Positions 19,722-29,680 of a stretch of 64,000 nucleotides of DNA are shown one piece after another. A program made the position numbers and the translations under genes. Position 1 is the first letter of the stretch; every line of letters begins with the position of its first letter. The DNA lies in contig JBBDRF010000071.1 in the NCBI GenBank assembly GCA_040905565.1, forward strand, positions 1 to 64,000, in the 5' to 3' direction. Under the pieces are notes generated by a model. The model was not told where the DNA came from. It saw nothing but the letters and a program-made list of their open reading frames with translations, and did no database searches. This DNA comes from Phycisphaeraceae bacterium (lineage in GTDB: Bacteria > Planctomycetota > Phycisphaerae > Phycisphaerales > Zrk34).

Positions 19722-21587
19722 TCAGGGACGCTGCGGCGCGGCGTCGTCGGGCTGATTGGGGTCGACGAGGATGGCGGGGGTGAGGTCTTCCTCGTCGGCC
19801 TCGCGGTAGTCGCCGCCCGTCTCGGGGCGAATATCCTGAGTGTCCTCAGTGCCGCGTGATTCGATGATCCGCTCGTTCAGGCCGGTTTCCTGAAGCATGA
19901 GGGGGGCGTCGTAAAGCCCCTCGTCCTGCAAGCGGTGGAGGATGTAGGCGATCTCGCTGTAGCCCATGCTGAGGCCGACTGTCTCGCTGTCGGGTTCGGG
20001 CTCGTAGGCCATCGCGCCGATCAGGTGGACGAGGCTGTTGGGCACAGTGGTGCGAATGGCGGCACCGCTTGCGGGCTGATAGAAAACGGCGATCTGATCG
20101 TCGTCCGAGTCAGCGCGAAGCATGAAGCTATTGCCCCACGCGCTGAAGAACAGCGGCTTAGCCAACTCGATGCGGTTGCCGAAGACGATGATCCGGGGCA
20201 CGCCGCTCTGCGTGAGGTGGACGATCGGCTTCTGGGCGCGGGCGTGCGCCAACTCCAGTTTCCGCTCAAAACCGAAGCGCTGCACCGAGGGGTGTTCAAC
20301 GGTGACGAGGGCTTTGTAGGCTGCGACGCGCACGGCGGGTAGGTCGTGGTCGAGTTGGCGACGCAGGAAGTCGCCCACGCGACTGAAGTCGGGCCGATGC
20401 TCAAGCAGGCCGCCCAGCAACTGTGCCGCCTGCTCCGCTGCTTCGGGGTCGTCGCCTTGAACGAGTTCCATCAGCGGCGAGGCGCTGCGGGTATCACGCA
20501 GGTAGCTGGCGGCGGAGAGCGCCGCGAGGCGGACCCGCTCGTTGGGGTGCTCGTACAGTTCACGCAGGTCGTCCACGATCGGCGTGCCCATGCCTTTGAA
20601 AGCGTAGACGACGTGGTCGAAGTACTCGCCGGCTTCGTCGTTTTCGAGCACCTCGACGAGGCGCTCGGCCCGCTGCTTGGCGTAGTCCTGCCGCGGGTTC
20701 ATGTCCAGATGGGTGATGATCTCGAGCATCTCACGCGGATCGTCTTTCCACTGCTCAATCACATTGATCTTGATGACGGTGTCGCTTTGGGGGACGGCGA
20801 TGGGTTCCTTATCCTCCGGGCTTGGCGGAAAGGAGCCGTTGATGCGGTCGGCGATCTGGCGCGTCAGCAGGTAGCTCGGACGGGTGGTAACCAGTTGCAG
20901 CGGCATGTTCACCGAGCTTGTCCCGCCTCCGAGGATGCGGCCGACGGCGGGGTTGCGCTCGTTGGTGATGTCGATCTCGAGCACGTCGGCGTCTTCCGTC
21001 GCCTGGCCTTCATCGGCGAAGGGGCTGCTGAAGACGGGACCGTTGCCGCGGGCGAGGGCGTTGACGGAGGTCGGGGTGAAGTTGCGGCCGCCTACGGTGA
21101 GGTCGGCCGTGTAGAGCGTGCCGCCTTGCACGCTGGTGGCCTGGGTTTCGGGAAGCGTGGAGATGACCAGGTCGAAGCGTGTGCCGCTGGGCGCGCCGGG
21201 GGGGATGAACCCTTCGATGAGGACGATGGCGGTGGAGTCACGCGCGAGAACTTCCTCGGGGCTTTCGTCTTCGTAGCCGCTCTCGAAGCTGCCGAAGCCG
21301 CGCTTCGCCATCTCGCCGAGCATCCACTGGCGCAGCTGGGGGGGTGCGTCGGCGGAGCCGGTGCCGTCGAGGCCGACGACCAGTCCGTAGCCGCTGACGA
21401 GGACAGGCTCGTAGCCTTGGACGGAGGTGAGCGACCCGATGGTGCCTCGGAGGAATTCCGGCCCCCTGTAGGTGGGCGGCGGCGTCGCGTTGGTGCGCGC
21501 CTGCTCCGTGGACTGGCACGCGTTGAGTGCCATGGTGAGGGGGACGATCAATACGATAGCCGCTGCGAGTGATAGCTTATGGGACAT
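19722..21587 (-). CDS. FlgI (P-ring)-like lipoprotein with HEAT repeats, planctomycete type
   Basis: Lipobox LNAC; VSGYGLVVGLDGTGS and ATSVQGGTL; HEAT-like VRLAAL and VRVAAYKAL. Confidence 0.75.
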   Translation of the reverse strand: MSHKLSLAAAIVLIVPLTMALNACQSTEQARTNATPPPTYRGPEFLRGTIGSLTSVQGYEPVLVSGYGLVVGLDGTGSADAPPQLRQWMLGEMAKRGFGSFESGYEDESPEEVLARDSTAIVLIEGFIPPGAPSGTRFDLVISTLPETQATSVQGGTLYTADLTVGGRNFTPTSVNALARGNGPVFSSPFADEGQATEDADVLEIDITNERNPAVGRILGGGTSSVNMPLQLVTTRPSYLLTRQIADRINGSFPPSPEDKEPIAVPQSDTVIKINVIEQWKDDPREMLEIITHLDMNPRQDYAKQRAERLVEVLENDEAGEYFDHVVYAFKGMGTPIVDDLRELYEHPNERVRLAALSAASYLRDTRSASPLMELVQGDDPEAAEQAAQLLGGLLEHRPDFSRVGDFLRRQLDHDLPAVRVAAYKALVTVEHPSVQRFGFERKLELAHARAQKPIVHLTQSGVPRIIVFGNRIELAKPLFFSAWGNSFMLRADSDDDQIAVFYQPASGAAIRTTVPNSLVHLIGAMAYEPEPDSETVGLSMGYSEIAYILHRLQDEGLYDAPLMLQETGLNERIIESRGTEDTQDIRPETGGDYREADEEDLTPAILVDPNQPDDAAPQRP

Positions 21588-21656
21588 GGGGGCTTCGCCG
21601 GTCAAGAGGGGACGGGGGTGCTTGGGGTGTACGTCTCTTGAGGCGGGCCCGCCGGT

Positions 21657-22616
21657 TCAAACTTCCAGACCCGCCAATGTTGCGGTGTCATTGTAGCAGC
21701 GCAGTCCTGCCGTCGCGCCAACTCCTGTGATGCAACAAGCGCCTGTTGCGGCGGCGAGCCGACCGGCTTCATCGAGCGGCATCCCCCGAAGTAACCCTGT
21801 CAGCAGCCCGGCGTAAAAGCTATCGCCTGCACCGGTTGTGTCCAGCAGATCGCCTGGGGGTTTGACCGCAGCGACCTCCACGTATTCGCCGGGGCGGTCA
21901 CTTAGAAGCGCCCCGTCGGAACCGAGCTTCACGCCGACGACGCCCGAAGCCCCGCAACTGCGGAAGGCGCGGAGGATGTGTCGAGGGTCCGACTCGCCCG
22001 TCTGATGCTCCGCTTCCTTCTGGCTGGGGACGTAAACATCCAGGTGAGGCAGGATGCGATCCAGCGGCTGCATGCTTCCGCCGTCGCCGGCGGCATCGAG
22101 CGCGGTGCGGCAACCGCGCTCACGGACGGCCGCGAAGATCTCGGGCAGGTCCTGCTCCAGGTTCGGCATCAGCGAGTAGTAGCCCAGCAACATCATGCGT
22201 GAGCGGGCGAAGAGATCGAGGTTGTCCATGTACGTCGCGACGTTCATCAGCTTGGGCGCGCCGACGCAGTGGGCGAAGGTGCGTTCGCCGGTGGGGTCGA
22301 TCAGGACGGCTGTGGTGCTGGTCGAGGCGGTGGGATGAGTCAGCAGACGCGTCGCGTCGAGGTTCTGCGCCTCGTAGCGACGGCGTATGAGCGCAGCCCA
22401 GTCGTCGTCGCCGACGTAGCTGAACGCCGCCGCCCTCATGCCCAGCTTCGCCATGGCCGAGCCGCTGTTTGAAACGATACCGCCTGTCGCCAGCGTGATC
22501 GGCTCAACAGGCACCAACACCCCGCCGCCGATGGCGACGTCGAGTGGCACGGGCCTGACAAGCATGTCGATGACGCAGGATCCGCAGACGACGCAATCGA
22601 TGGTTTTCTCGCTCAT
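21657..22616 (-). CDS. PfkB family carbohydrate kinase
   Basis: GGIVSN, VGDDDWA, VKLGSDGA and DTTGAGDSF. Confidence 0.92.
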   Translation of the reverse strand: MSEKTIDCVVCGSCVIDMLVRPVPLDVAIGGGVLVPVEPITLATGGIVSNSGSAMAKLGMRAAAFSYVGDDDWAALIRRRYEAQNLDATRLLTHPTASTSTTAVLIDPTGERTFAHCVGAPKLMNVATYMDNLDLFARSRMMLLGYYSLMPNLEQDLPEIFAAVRERGCRTALDAAGDGGSMQPLDRILPHLDVYVPSQKEAEHQTGESDPRHILRAFRSCGASGVVGVKLGSDGALLSDRPGEYVEVAAVKPPGDLLDTTGAGDSFYAGLLTGLLRGMPLDEAGRLAAATGACCITGVGATAGLRCYNDTATLAGLEV

Positions 22617-22661
22617 GGTCGAATTGTACACAATCTAGGCGTCGCGAGGAATCACCTTATT

Positions 22662-22913
22662 TTACTCTTCTTCCTCATCTGAGTAATGATTTTCCGCCAT
22701 CCATTGCCGGACGATCTCGGTGGCGCGGTCGGCGTCGGATTTTCGGACGAGGACGCTGGTGCCTTGGTTGATGGAGGTCAGGCCGTCGAACGGGCTGGCG
22801 ATCTGGTCGATCGTCGCCTGGATACCTTCGTTCTCCAGCGCCTGGTGGACCATTTCTGCTTCGCCCATACCTGCCGCTTCGTAAACGTTTACGTCAAAAT
22901 CTTCAGTGGTCAT
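22662..22913 (-). CDS. DUF2007-like putative signal-transducing protein
   Basis: VYEAAGMGEAEMVHQALENEGI...VLVRKSDADRATEIV. Confidence 0.7.
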   Translation of the reverse strand: MTTEDFDVNVYEAAGMGEAEMVHQALENEGIQATIDQIASPFDGLTSINQGTSVLVRKSDADRATEIVRQWMAENHYSDEEEE

Positions 22914-24627
22914 CGCCGACTCCTTTGGGCGTTGATGATAAACCGGCGTCCCCCGTGCCGTCACGCGACGGCGGATGAGCCTGGTGCTTTGCCGCGGCGG
23001 TCCGCCGAACCTTCGCCAGGGCCCGATGCTCGAGGCGCTGAGCACGCTCGACGGTCAGTTCAAGCTCCGCAGCGATCGCCGCTAACGGCTGCGGATCAAG
23101 ATGATACTCCTCGCCGAGCCCGAGGTGTCGCGTGAGGACGAATCTTTCGCGATCGGTCAGCGTCGTCAGCAGGTGCGTCAGCTCGGCGGGCGTGGCGGAA
23201 TTCAGTGCACCAGGCCAGTAGGCGGCGGTGGCACGTTCGAAGGTTTGAGCGGGCGGGATAGGGCGGGTCGGCCGGTGCGTGGTTCGGGTGAAGGTGGCGA
23301 ATCGCCGCATCAGCGTCCAGCCGAGGTAGGCTTCGAAGCGGTTACGGCCGGCGGGGTCGTAGCTGTCGACAGCCTCGGCCAGCACCGCGTTGCCCTCAGC
23401 GAGAAGCTCATCAAGCGACGGGCCAAGTTCCTCCGAACGCGTCGCCAGGTGTTTGCGTGCGACGGAAATGACCAACTTCTGATTCGCGCGCAGCAGCCTC
23501 AGCTTCGTCGCCAGTGCCCGGCGGAGCCAGGTCTCGATCTGATCAAGATCGCGGGCGTTCGGCTCGGAAGGATCAAGCTGATCACGCAGCCCCGCTGCCC
23601 GATACTTGAGATAGTTGTACTGGACGAACAGTGCCCGCTCGAAGGCCGCCGAGTGCCGTTCGCCGCGCTCGCGATGGCCGTTCCCCGCGTCGTCGTCAGG
23701 CTGCGACGTGGTGGAGGGGGCATGGTGGGGGGTGGCGTTGAGGATGATCTGAGCGGCGTCGGGCAGGTCGAATGTTGGCGAGGTGATGTAGCTGAGAGGT
23801 AGGTTCTGGATGGCGGCAGCACGCCGGCGATGCACCGCCCGGTAGATGCTGTTGCGGGACTTGCCGAATCGTTTGGCCAGTTCGCCGGCCCCGATGCCAC
23901 GCTGATAGGCGCGGTGGATGACGCGTTGCTGCTTCTCGCTCAGCGGCGGGACATGGCGGGGGAAGATTGCGACGCGCGGGTCATGCTTGTCGTGACGCAG
24001 GAGCAGCTGCCTGACCGCTTCGGTGGAGCGTTCGAATTTCGGCGCGAGATGGCGTGCCGCCTGGAACGGCGTCATCTCCGGCCGCCTGGCGATCAGGCGG
24101 CGGGCGCGCGTGATGATGGCGTGCTGGGTCGGTTCGTCGATGCGGCTGAAGGGGCGGGCATCATGCCGTGTTCCCCCACGGTGGGCGAGGAACTGCGCCA
24201 CGCTGTCCGGCAAGAACGCCAGCCGTCTGCGGTTGTTCTCGTAAATCAGCCGTCGCCCGAACAAACCCTGCTTGCGATAACGTTGAATGGTTTTGCTGGT
24301 GACGTTCAGTTGCCGTTGCAACTGCTCAAGCGACAACGGCGGCGGCTCGTAATCGCTCACGTGTTCATCGAGCGAAGCGGAAAGCTTGTCCGCAAGCGTC
24401 AGCAGATCCTGCCGCAGATCGTGGCCGGTCATCGTGCTTAATTCGAAAGTGTCAGGGCGATAGCGGGTGATGCGATACACCACGAAATCAAGCGGATAGT
24501 CACGCTCGGGTTCGACCTCCCAGTACAGCATTTCCGTACGGTCAAGGTGCGACCGTCGGCGTTTGGGCGGCGCGAAGGTCAACTGGCGTGCGAACTCGGC
24601 GAAGGGTTTGCTGACAAATCGCGTCAT
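22903..24627 (-). CDS. Long sigma-70 family factor with N-terminal HTH extensions (planctomycete type)
   Basis: Region 2-like ANQKLVISVARK...LAEGNAVLAEAVDSYDP...RFEAY; region 4-like LTDRERFVL...ERAQRLEHRALAKVR. Confidence 0.8.
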   Translation of the reverse strand: MTRFVSKPFAEFARQLTFAPPKRRRSHLDRTEMLYWEVEPERDYPLDFVVYRITRYRPDTFELSTMTGHDLRQDLLTLADKLSASLDEHVSDYEPPPLSLEQLQRQLNVTSKTIQRYRKQGLFGRRLIYENNRRRLAFLPDSVAQFLAHRGGTRHDARPFSRIDEPTQHAIITRARRLIARRPEMTPFQAARHLAPKFERSTEAVRQLLLRHDKHDPRVAIFPRHVPPLSEKQQRVIHRAYQRGIGAGELAKRFGKSRNSIYRAVHRRRAAAIQNLPLSYITSPTFDLPDAAQIILNATPHHAPSTTSQPDDDAGNGHRERGERHSAAFERALFVQYNYLKYRAAGLRDQLDPSEPNARDLDQIETWLRRALATKLRLLRANQKLVISVARKHLATRSEELGPSLDELLAEGNAVLAEAVDSYDPAGRNRFEAYLGWTLMRRFATFTRTTHRPTRPIPPAQTFERATAAYWPGALNSATPAELTHLLTTLTDRERFVLTRHLGLGEEYHLDPQPLAAIAAELELTVERAQRLEHRALAKVRRTAAAKHQAHPPSRDGTGDAGLSSTPKGVGDDH

Positions 24628-24663
24628 CGTGCACCGGCCGAGTGGCGAAGAAAAGGGGCGGGG

Positions 24664-25518
24664 CTAGTCCGCGTCGGCGGTTTGCAGGTCCGGATAGATC
24701 AGCAGCGGGCGGTGGCGTTCGATCAGGTTCCACTTCGCTGCCCGGGCCCAGAATTCCTGCATCGCTTGAAGTTCGCGCGGGCCGACGGTGTAACGCAGCA
24801 GGTCGCGCATGTAGTGCGTCGCCAGCTGAACCGTCCAGCCGTGACGCTCGGCACACGCCGCGGCGATGTCCTCGATGCGGTCGGCGTTCGCGCTACGCTG
24901 ATTATCAAGCACGGCCGGGGCGGAACCCAGCGTTTCGTCGGCACGCATCATCCAGACGGCGAAGACGAACGGCAGCCCCGTCAGCGTCTTCCACGCACTG
25001 CCCAGATCGAGTTGATGGGCGTAAAGCTCATCCGGCGGGGAAGCGGTGACGACTTTGTCGCCGATCAGAAGCACCGCCTCGGGTCCGGTGGCCCAGTCGA
25101 TCGAGGTATCGTGATCGAGCGATTCAACCGTGATCGCGTTGCCGTAGAGTTCCTGCATCAGCAGGCGAAGCAGCACGACGGAGGTATGACTGTGCGTGTC
25201 GGCCAGGACATGCGTGACGCGCTCGAGGGGCACGCGGCTGAACAGGCGTACGGTGAGCGTGGGGCCGTCGCATCCGATGCCGCCGACCGGCACGATCGTC
25301 AAAGGCTTATCCGAAAGCTGATAATCGATCACGGGGCACAGCGCCAGGTCGACTTCGCCAGCGGTAAGATCTTCCAGCAGGGCGGAGGGGACGTCATAGC
25401 GGACGGTCAGCTCGTGGTGGTCGTCCAGGCCGTCGATGAGCGGACGCGCGTTGAGGAAGCTGACGCATCCGACGACGCACGCACCGTCGTGGTTCGGTTT
25501 CGTGGTGGGTAAGCTCAT
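24664..25518 (-). CDS. mqnA: Chorismate dehydratase (futalosine menaquinone pathway)
   Basis: GCVSFLNARPL, SHTSVVLL, AVLLIGD and DLGSAWKTLTGLPFVFAVW. Confidence 0.9.
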   Translation of the reverse strand: MSLPTTKPNHDGACVVGCVSFLNARPLIDGLDDHHELTVRYDVPSALLEDLTAGEVDLALCPVIDYQLSDKPLTIVPVGGIGCDGPTLTVRLFSRVPLERVTHVLADTHSHTSVVLLRLLMQELYGNAITVESLDHDTSIDWATGPEAVLLIGDKVVTASPPDELYAHQLDLGSAWKTLTGLPFVFAVWMMRADETLGSAPAVLDNQRSANADRIEDIAAACAERHGWTVQLATHYMRDLLRYTVGPRELQAMQEFWARAAKWNLIERHRPLLIYPDLQTADAD

Positions 25519-25583
25519 GGCCTGCTATTGTAGCGAAACGGGCGGATCGCAGGCGAGCAGGCGGGAACACAAGGGGAGCGACG

Positions 25584-26237
25584 ATGCAACACGGGGCACT
25601 GCTGATTTACGGAGCCGGCGGCCACGGACTGGTCGTGGCGGAATCGGCCGAGGCGGCGGGCTGGACCATCGCAGGGTTTCTCGATGACGAACTGCCGCTG
25701 GAAACCCCGATCGGCGCATGGCAGGTCATCGGCCGAGGCGACCCCCCTCCCATCTTGCCCGACAAACATGCGGGGCAGGTGGGGGGGGTGATTGTTGGGG
25801 TGGGGGATAATGCAGCCCGGTGGCATCTGATGAACGTATTGCGCGCGGCGGGGGTGAAGCTGGCGACGGTGATCGACCCGACGGCGAGGGTGAGTCCGTC
25901 AGCGGGAATCGAGCCCGGCGTGTACGTCGGCCCTTGTGCGGTGGTGAATGCCGAGGCGAAGGTCGGTGCGGGCACGATCATCAATTCCGCAGCAGTCGTC
26001 GAACATCACGTCAAGCTAGGCTTCGGCGTTCACGTGGCACCCGGGGCAGTGCTGACCGGGCGGGTTGTGCTGGAGGATCGGGCGATGGTGGGGGCGAATG
26101 CCACCGTGCTGCCCGGCCGGGTGGTGGGGGAGGAAGCGATCGTGGGCGCGGGGGCCGTGGTGACACGTGACGTGATGGCGCGCACCACCGTGATCGGTTG
26201 TCCTGCTTATGTGCCGGATGATGAAGGCGAAGGGTGA
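25584..26237 (+). CDS. NeuD/PglD family sugar acetyltransferase
   Basis: LIYGAGGHG, VGVGDNAAR and hexapeptide left-handed beta-helix repeats. Confidence 0.9.
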   Translation: MQHGALLIYGAGGHGLVVAESAEAAGWTIAGFLDDELPLETPIGAWQVIGRGDPPPILPDKHAGQVGGVIVGVGDNAARWHLMNVLRAAGVKLATVIDPTARVSPSAGIEPGVYVGPCAVVNAEAKVGAGTIINSAAVVEHHVKLGFGVHVAPGAVLTGRVVLEDRAMVGANATVLPGRVVGEEAIVGAGAVVTRDVMARTTVIGCPAYVPDDEGEG

Positions 26238-26255
26238 TCAGGGGTTCGGTCGCGT

Positions 26256-26330
26256 GTGCCACTGGTGGCGTGTTTACCAGTGCCCCGGCGCGCACCTTAG
26301 AAGCACTGGTGGGCAAGCCACCAGTGGCAC
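26256..26330. repeat. REP doublet, family C
   Basis: gtgccactggtggc...accagtgc / gcactggt...gccaccagtggcac, between convergent genes. Confidence 0.7.
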
Positions 26331-26390
26331 GCTGGCGGTGAGAACTCGGGCATGACCGGTTTGGGGACAAACCGGCTCTTTTTGTGCTGC

Positions 26391-27740
26391 TCACTGGTTC
26401 AGGGTGCGAAGCTGGAAGCGGATCATGCCTCGGATGAATTCGACCTGCTGGGGGTCGAGTTCGCTGTCGCGGAAGTCCGCGGTGAAGGCGGGGAGCCATT
26501 GCACGTCGTCGCTGGGGTGGTAGTCCAATTCGTCGCGCAGCTGGCGGGCGAGATCGGGCATGTGGGCCGCCCCGTAGAAGACGCTGATCGCTTCGGGCGT
26601 GTTGTCTTCGTCTTCGATCAGATCGCGGAGGTCCTGCACGATGATGCGGTTGCGGTCGGTGATGAGCACCCGCATCAGCTGACGCATGCTCGGCGCGAGG
26701 CCGGGCATCTCGGCGAGGTCGCCTTCGATCTGCCCCAGCACGTCGATCATGAGTAGCCGGGTGAACTGCTGCAGCCCGGGGCGTTGGGTCAGCAGGTTCT
26801 GGGCGAAGGTCATCAGCGTGTTGGTGAAGTCCGTGCCGTCGAGCATGCGAACGACTTCGTCGAGCTCCTCATCGTGATCGCCGAGTTCCGCTGCCCAAAG
26901 GGGGTCAGGCTGACGCTGCTCGAGGTCCGGTTCCCGGCCGTCCCGCCGGGCGGCGATGGCATTGGTGAGCTCGGTGAAGGACATGTCGCTGTGGCGGTAG
27001 TGGGGGCGGTCGTAGTTCATCACATCAAGCTGAAACACCAGCCCGAGGGCCGTGGCGATGCCCGGCTGCATCTGATTGCCCGTCGCGTTGATCTCGGCCG
27101 GCGTGAGAGGCGCGAAATCTTCGTGATAGTCAAGGTCGGCATCGGCTCCGTCGCCGCCCGGTTCGCCGTCCGCGCCGAGGCTTCTCAGTTCGTAGCCGTC
27201 TTCGGTGGGCTCATAGTGGAGGGGCCTGTCCCAGTTGTCGCGCGTGGCAGCCCGGGTCCAGCGAGCTTCGCCGGGTTCATGTTCCGCGACGTCGTTCAGC
27301 AGGGCGTCGACGTCGGCTGGGTAGGTGTTGTGCCGTTGGTGATAGCGTTCGAGCTGAATGGCGAGAAAGGTGATTGCGTGGCGGGTGCGAGCGGCCCGAC
27401 GACCGTCCGCCTCCTCAAGGTCCGTGATGAACGGCGGCTGACCGATGCCTTCGAACAGCACCAGCGGCTGCTCGTCCAGATGCGTCTGCAACGCCTCGTA
27501 GTAGCCAGACTCGCCGACATGCACGACGCCAACGAGGTCGATGGCCGGCCGGTCGGGATCGGCGGATTTGAAGCGGCGAATCGCAATCTCCAACTGAATC
27601 AGCTGAGGCTCGGGCTCAGCGGTGCGGACGAAGGCACGCAGGTCCGCCGGTTGCTCGTCGGCACCGGCGGGGGCGATGCTGATCAGCAGCGTGAGTACCG
27701 CGAGGCAGCGTAAGGCTTGCGATGTTGTAGCATGTGTCAT
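26391..27740 (-). CDS. Exported TraB/GumN-like protein with an internal GspG C-terminal-like domain
   Basis: Signal peptide; IDLVGVVHVG...VLFEG and VFYGAAHMPDL; insert DNWDRPLHY...YELRSLGADGEPGGDGADADL. Confidence 0.65.
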   Translation of the reverse strand: MTHATTSQALRCLAVLTLLISIAPAGADEQPADLRAFVRTAEPEPQLIQLEIAIRRFKSADPDRPAIDLVGVVHVGESGYYEALQTHLDEQPLVLFEGIGQPPFITDLEEADGRRAARTRHAITFLAIQLERYHQRHNTYPADVDALLNDVAEHEPGEARWTRAATRDNWDRPLHYEPTEDGYELRSLGADGEPGGDGADADLDYHEDFAPLTPAEINATGNQMQPGIATALGLVFQLDVMNYDRPHYRHSDMSFTELTNAIAARRDGREPDLEQRQPDPLWAAELGDHDEELDEVVRMLDGTDFTNTLMTFAQNLLTQRPGLQQFTRLLMIDVLGQIEGDLAEMPGLAPSMRQLMRVLITDRNRIIVQDLRDLIEDEDNTPEAISVFYGAAHMPDLARQLRDELDYHPSDDVQWLPAFTADFRDSELDPQQVEFIRGMIRFQLRTLNQ

Positions 27741-27896
27741 GTTGAACAATTGTAGCTCGGCAGGGCGACGAGGCGTTAGTTTCGGAGCAATCGTCATAAC
27801 CGGTAAAGATTTCACGCCCGCAGGCCGATAGCTGAAGGTAGACGTTTCTCTGTTTCGTTTTTTTTGTGTCCTCCCTTTTGTATCCATGGAGCGGCC

Positions 27897-28283
27897 ATGA
27901 CTGCTGCGCAACACCCGCGGGGCTTCGACGAAGCATCGACCAATCGCCGTCGGGCCACGCGTTGGCCTCTCGATGCCCCTTACACCACGCTTCGGGTCAG
28001 GCGGGAGAGCGATCCCGACACCGAATTTGATGGCCACGCTTACGACATCTCCATCGGCGGGATGCGGTTTGAGTTGGATATGGCGCTGCCGGTGGGTGAG
28101 CACGTGAATCTGGAACTGCTGCTGCCGGGCGAGCCTGTCACGGCCGTGCAGGGATCGGGGACGGTTGTGCGGCAACACGATCACGAGGAGGTCGGCCCGG
28201 TCCGCATGGCTGTCAACTTTACGCAGGTCGATCGCAGGGCGTTGGAAGCGTATCTCGCATCGCGGGCGCGCGATTCCCGGTAA
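27897..28283 (+). CDS. PilZ domain protein
   Basis: NRRRATR (RxxxR) and DISIGG (DxSxxG) c-di-GMP binding motifs. Confidence 0.88.
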   Translation: MTAAQHPRGFDEASTNRRRATRWPLDAPYTTLRVRRESDPDTEFDGHAYDISIGGMRFELDMALPVGEHVNLELLLPGEPVTAVQGSGTVVRQHDHEEVGPVRMAVNFTQVDRRALEAYLASRARDSR

Positions 28284-28315
28284 TCTTTGTGTGTTCGGCG
28301 AGAGCGGTGGGGGGG

Positions 28316-29500
28316 TCAGGCGAGGGCGGGTTGGTCGTCGAGATCGTCGGCCCGCTGGTGGTCGCCTTCACCCTCTTCGCGGGCTTCGAGGCAGTTCAGG
28401 CGATCGATTGCCGCGAGCAGGCCGAGTGCCGCAGCGGTCATCACCCAGCCGGTGCCGCCGTAGCTCAGCAGCGGTAACGCGATGCCCTTGGTGGGGACGG
28501 TGCCGGTGACGACGGCCATGTTCATGATCGCCTGACAGCCGATCGTGGCGATGATGCCCAGCCCGAGCAGGCGGCCGAACGCGTGGCGGCAGTCACGCAC
28601 GATGCCGAGGCCGACCCACATCAACGCCAGGTAAAGCCCGATCACGAGGGTGGCCCCCGCGATGCCCAGTTCATGGCAGATGATGGCGAAGAGGAAGTCG
28701 GTGGTGTCTTCCGGGACGTAGCCGTACTTGAGCGGACCGTTGCCCAGGCCCCAGCCGGTCGGACCGGCCCCGCTGATGGTGACCAGCGACTGAATCAGGT
28801 GGTAGCCGCTGCCTTGGGCGTCGGCCCAGGGGTCCATGAACGTCGTCACCCGCTGCATCCGGTAGGGCGAGACGAGGATCATGCCGACGACGGCAGCGAT
28901 GGCGGGCGGAATCATCAACGCGAATTGCCACACCCTTGCCCCGGCTGCCAGAAGCATCATCAGGCCGACGCTGCCGATGAGCACAGCCGTGCCGAGATCT
29001 TCGATCACGATCAGGCCGCAGACGACGATCAGCACCGCCAGGGCCGGCAGCACCCCGGCGAAGAATCGCCGCATCGCACCGGCGTAACGGGCGCCCCACC
29101 ATGCGAGCGCCAGCACCATCGCCCACTTCGCCAGTTCACTCGGCTGAAAGCTGAGGTTCCAGCTGCGAGGGCCGAGAAAAAGCCAGCGGCTCGCACCGTT
29201 CACGTTCCGACCAAAGCCCGGCAGAAGGGCGAGAATGGAGAGGATGACCGCGAGGATCAGAAGCCAGGCGGCGGGGTTCGTCCAGCCACGCTGCGTGTAG
29301 ATCTGTCGGATGTCGACGTAGCTGATCAGGAACATCACCGCGACGGCGATGAGCGCGTAAACGACCGGCCGGCCCAGCAGCGAGGCGGCGGTGGTGGCCT
29401 CGCCGCCGATGCTCATCGACGCACTGCTGACCATGATCACACCCACGCCCAGAAGGGAGATGGTGATCCACTGCAACAGATTGCCAGAACTTGCGAGCAT
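28316..29500 (-). CDS. SEDS family peptidoglycan glycosyltransferase (FtsW/RodA)
   Basis: NGASRW, FQPSELAK, DLGTA, YVPEDTTDFLFAIICHELG and PTKGIALPLLSYGG. Confidence 0.92.
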   Translation of the reverse strand: MLASSGNLLQWITISLLGVGVIMVSSASMSIGGEATTAASLLGRPVVYALIAVAVMFLISYVDIRQIYTQRGWTNPAAWLLILAVILSILALLPGFGRNVNGASRWLFLGPRSWNLSFQPSELAKWAMVLALAWWGARYAGAMRRFFAGVLPALAVLIVVCGLIVIEDLGTAVLIGSVGLMMLLAAGARVWQFALMIPPAIAAVVGMILVSPYRMQRVTTFMDPWADAQGSGYHLIQSLVTISGAGPTGWGLGNGPLKYGYVPEDTTDFLFAIICHELGIAGATLVIGLYLALMWVGLGIVRDCRHAFGRLLGLGIIATIGCQAIMNMAVVTGTVPTKGIALPLLSYGGTGWVMTAAALGLLAAIDRLNCLEAREEGEGDHQRADDLDDQPALA

Positions 29501-29576
29501 CTTGTATTAGTCGGCCCGATAAGCGTGAGAGCTTCAAAACGTTCGTGCCGTATCGTACCCGATGACGCGGCCTTTG

Positions 29577-29629
29577 ATAGCCGCGACGCTACGCGTCGCC
29601 GGTCCAGCGACGCGTAGCGTCGCGGCTAT
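29577..29629. repeat. Perfect 23-bp inverted repeat (REP-like)
   Basis: atagccgcgacgctacgcgtcgc, 7-nt loop, gcgacgcgtagcgtcgcggctat, in the divergent intergenic region. Confidence 0.8.
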
Positions 29630-29680
29630 GTTAGAATGATCGCCCTCACCTTCAATCTTTTGCGTCAATCGGGAGCGACC

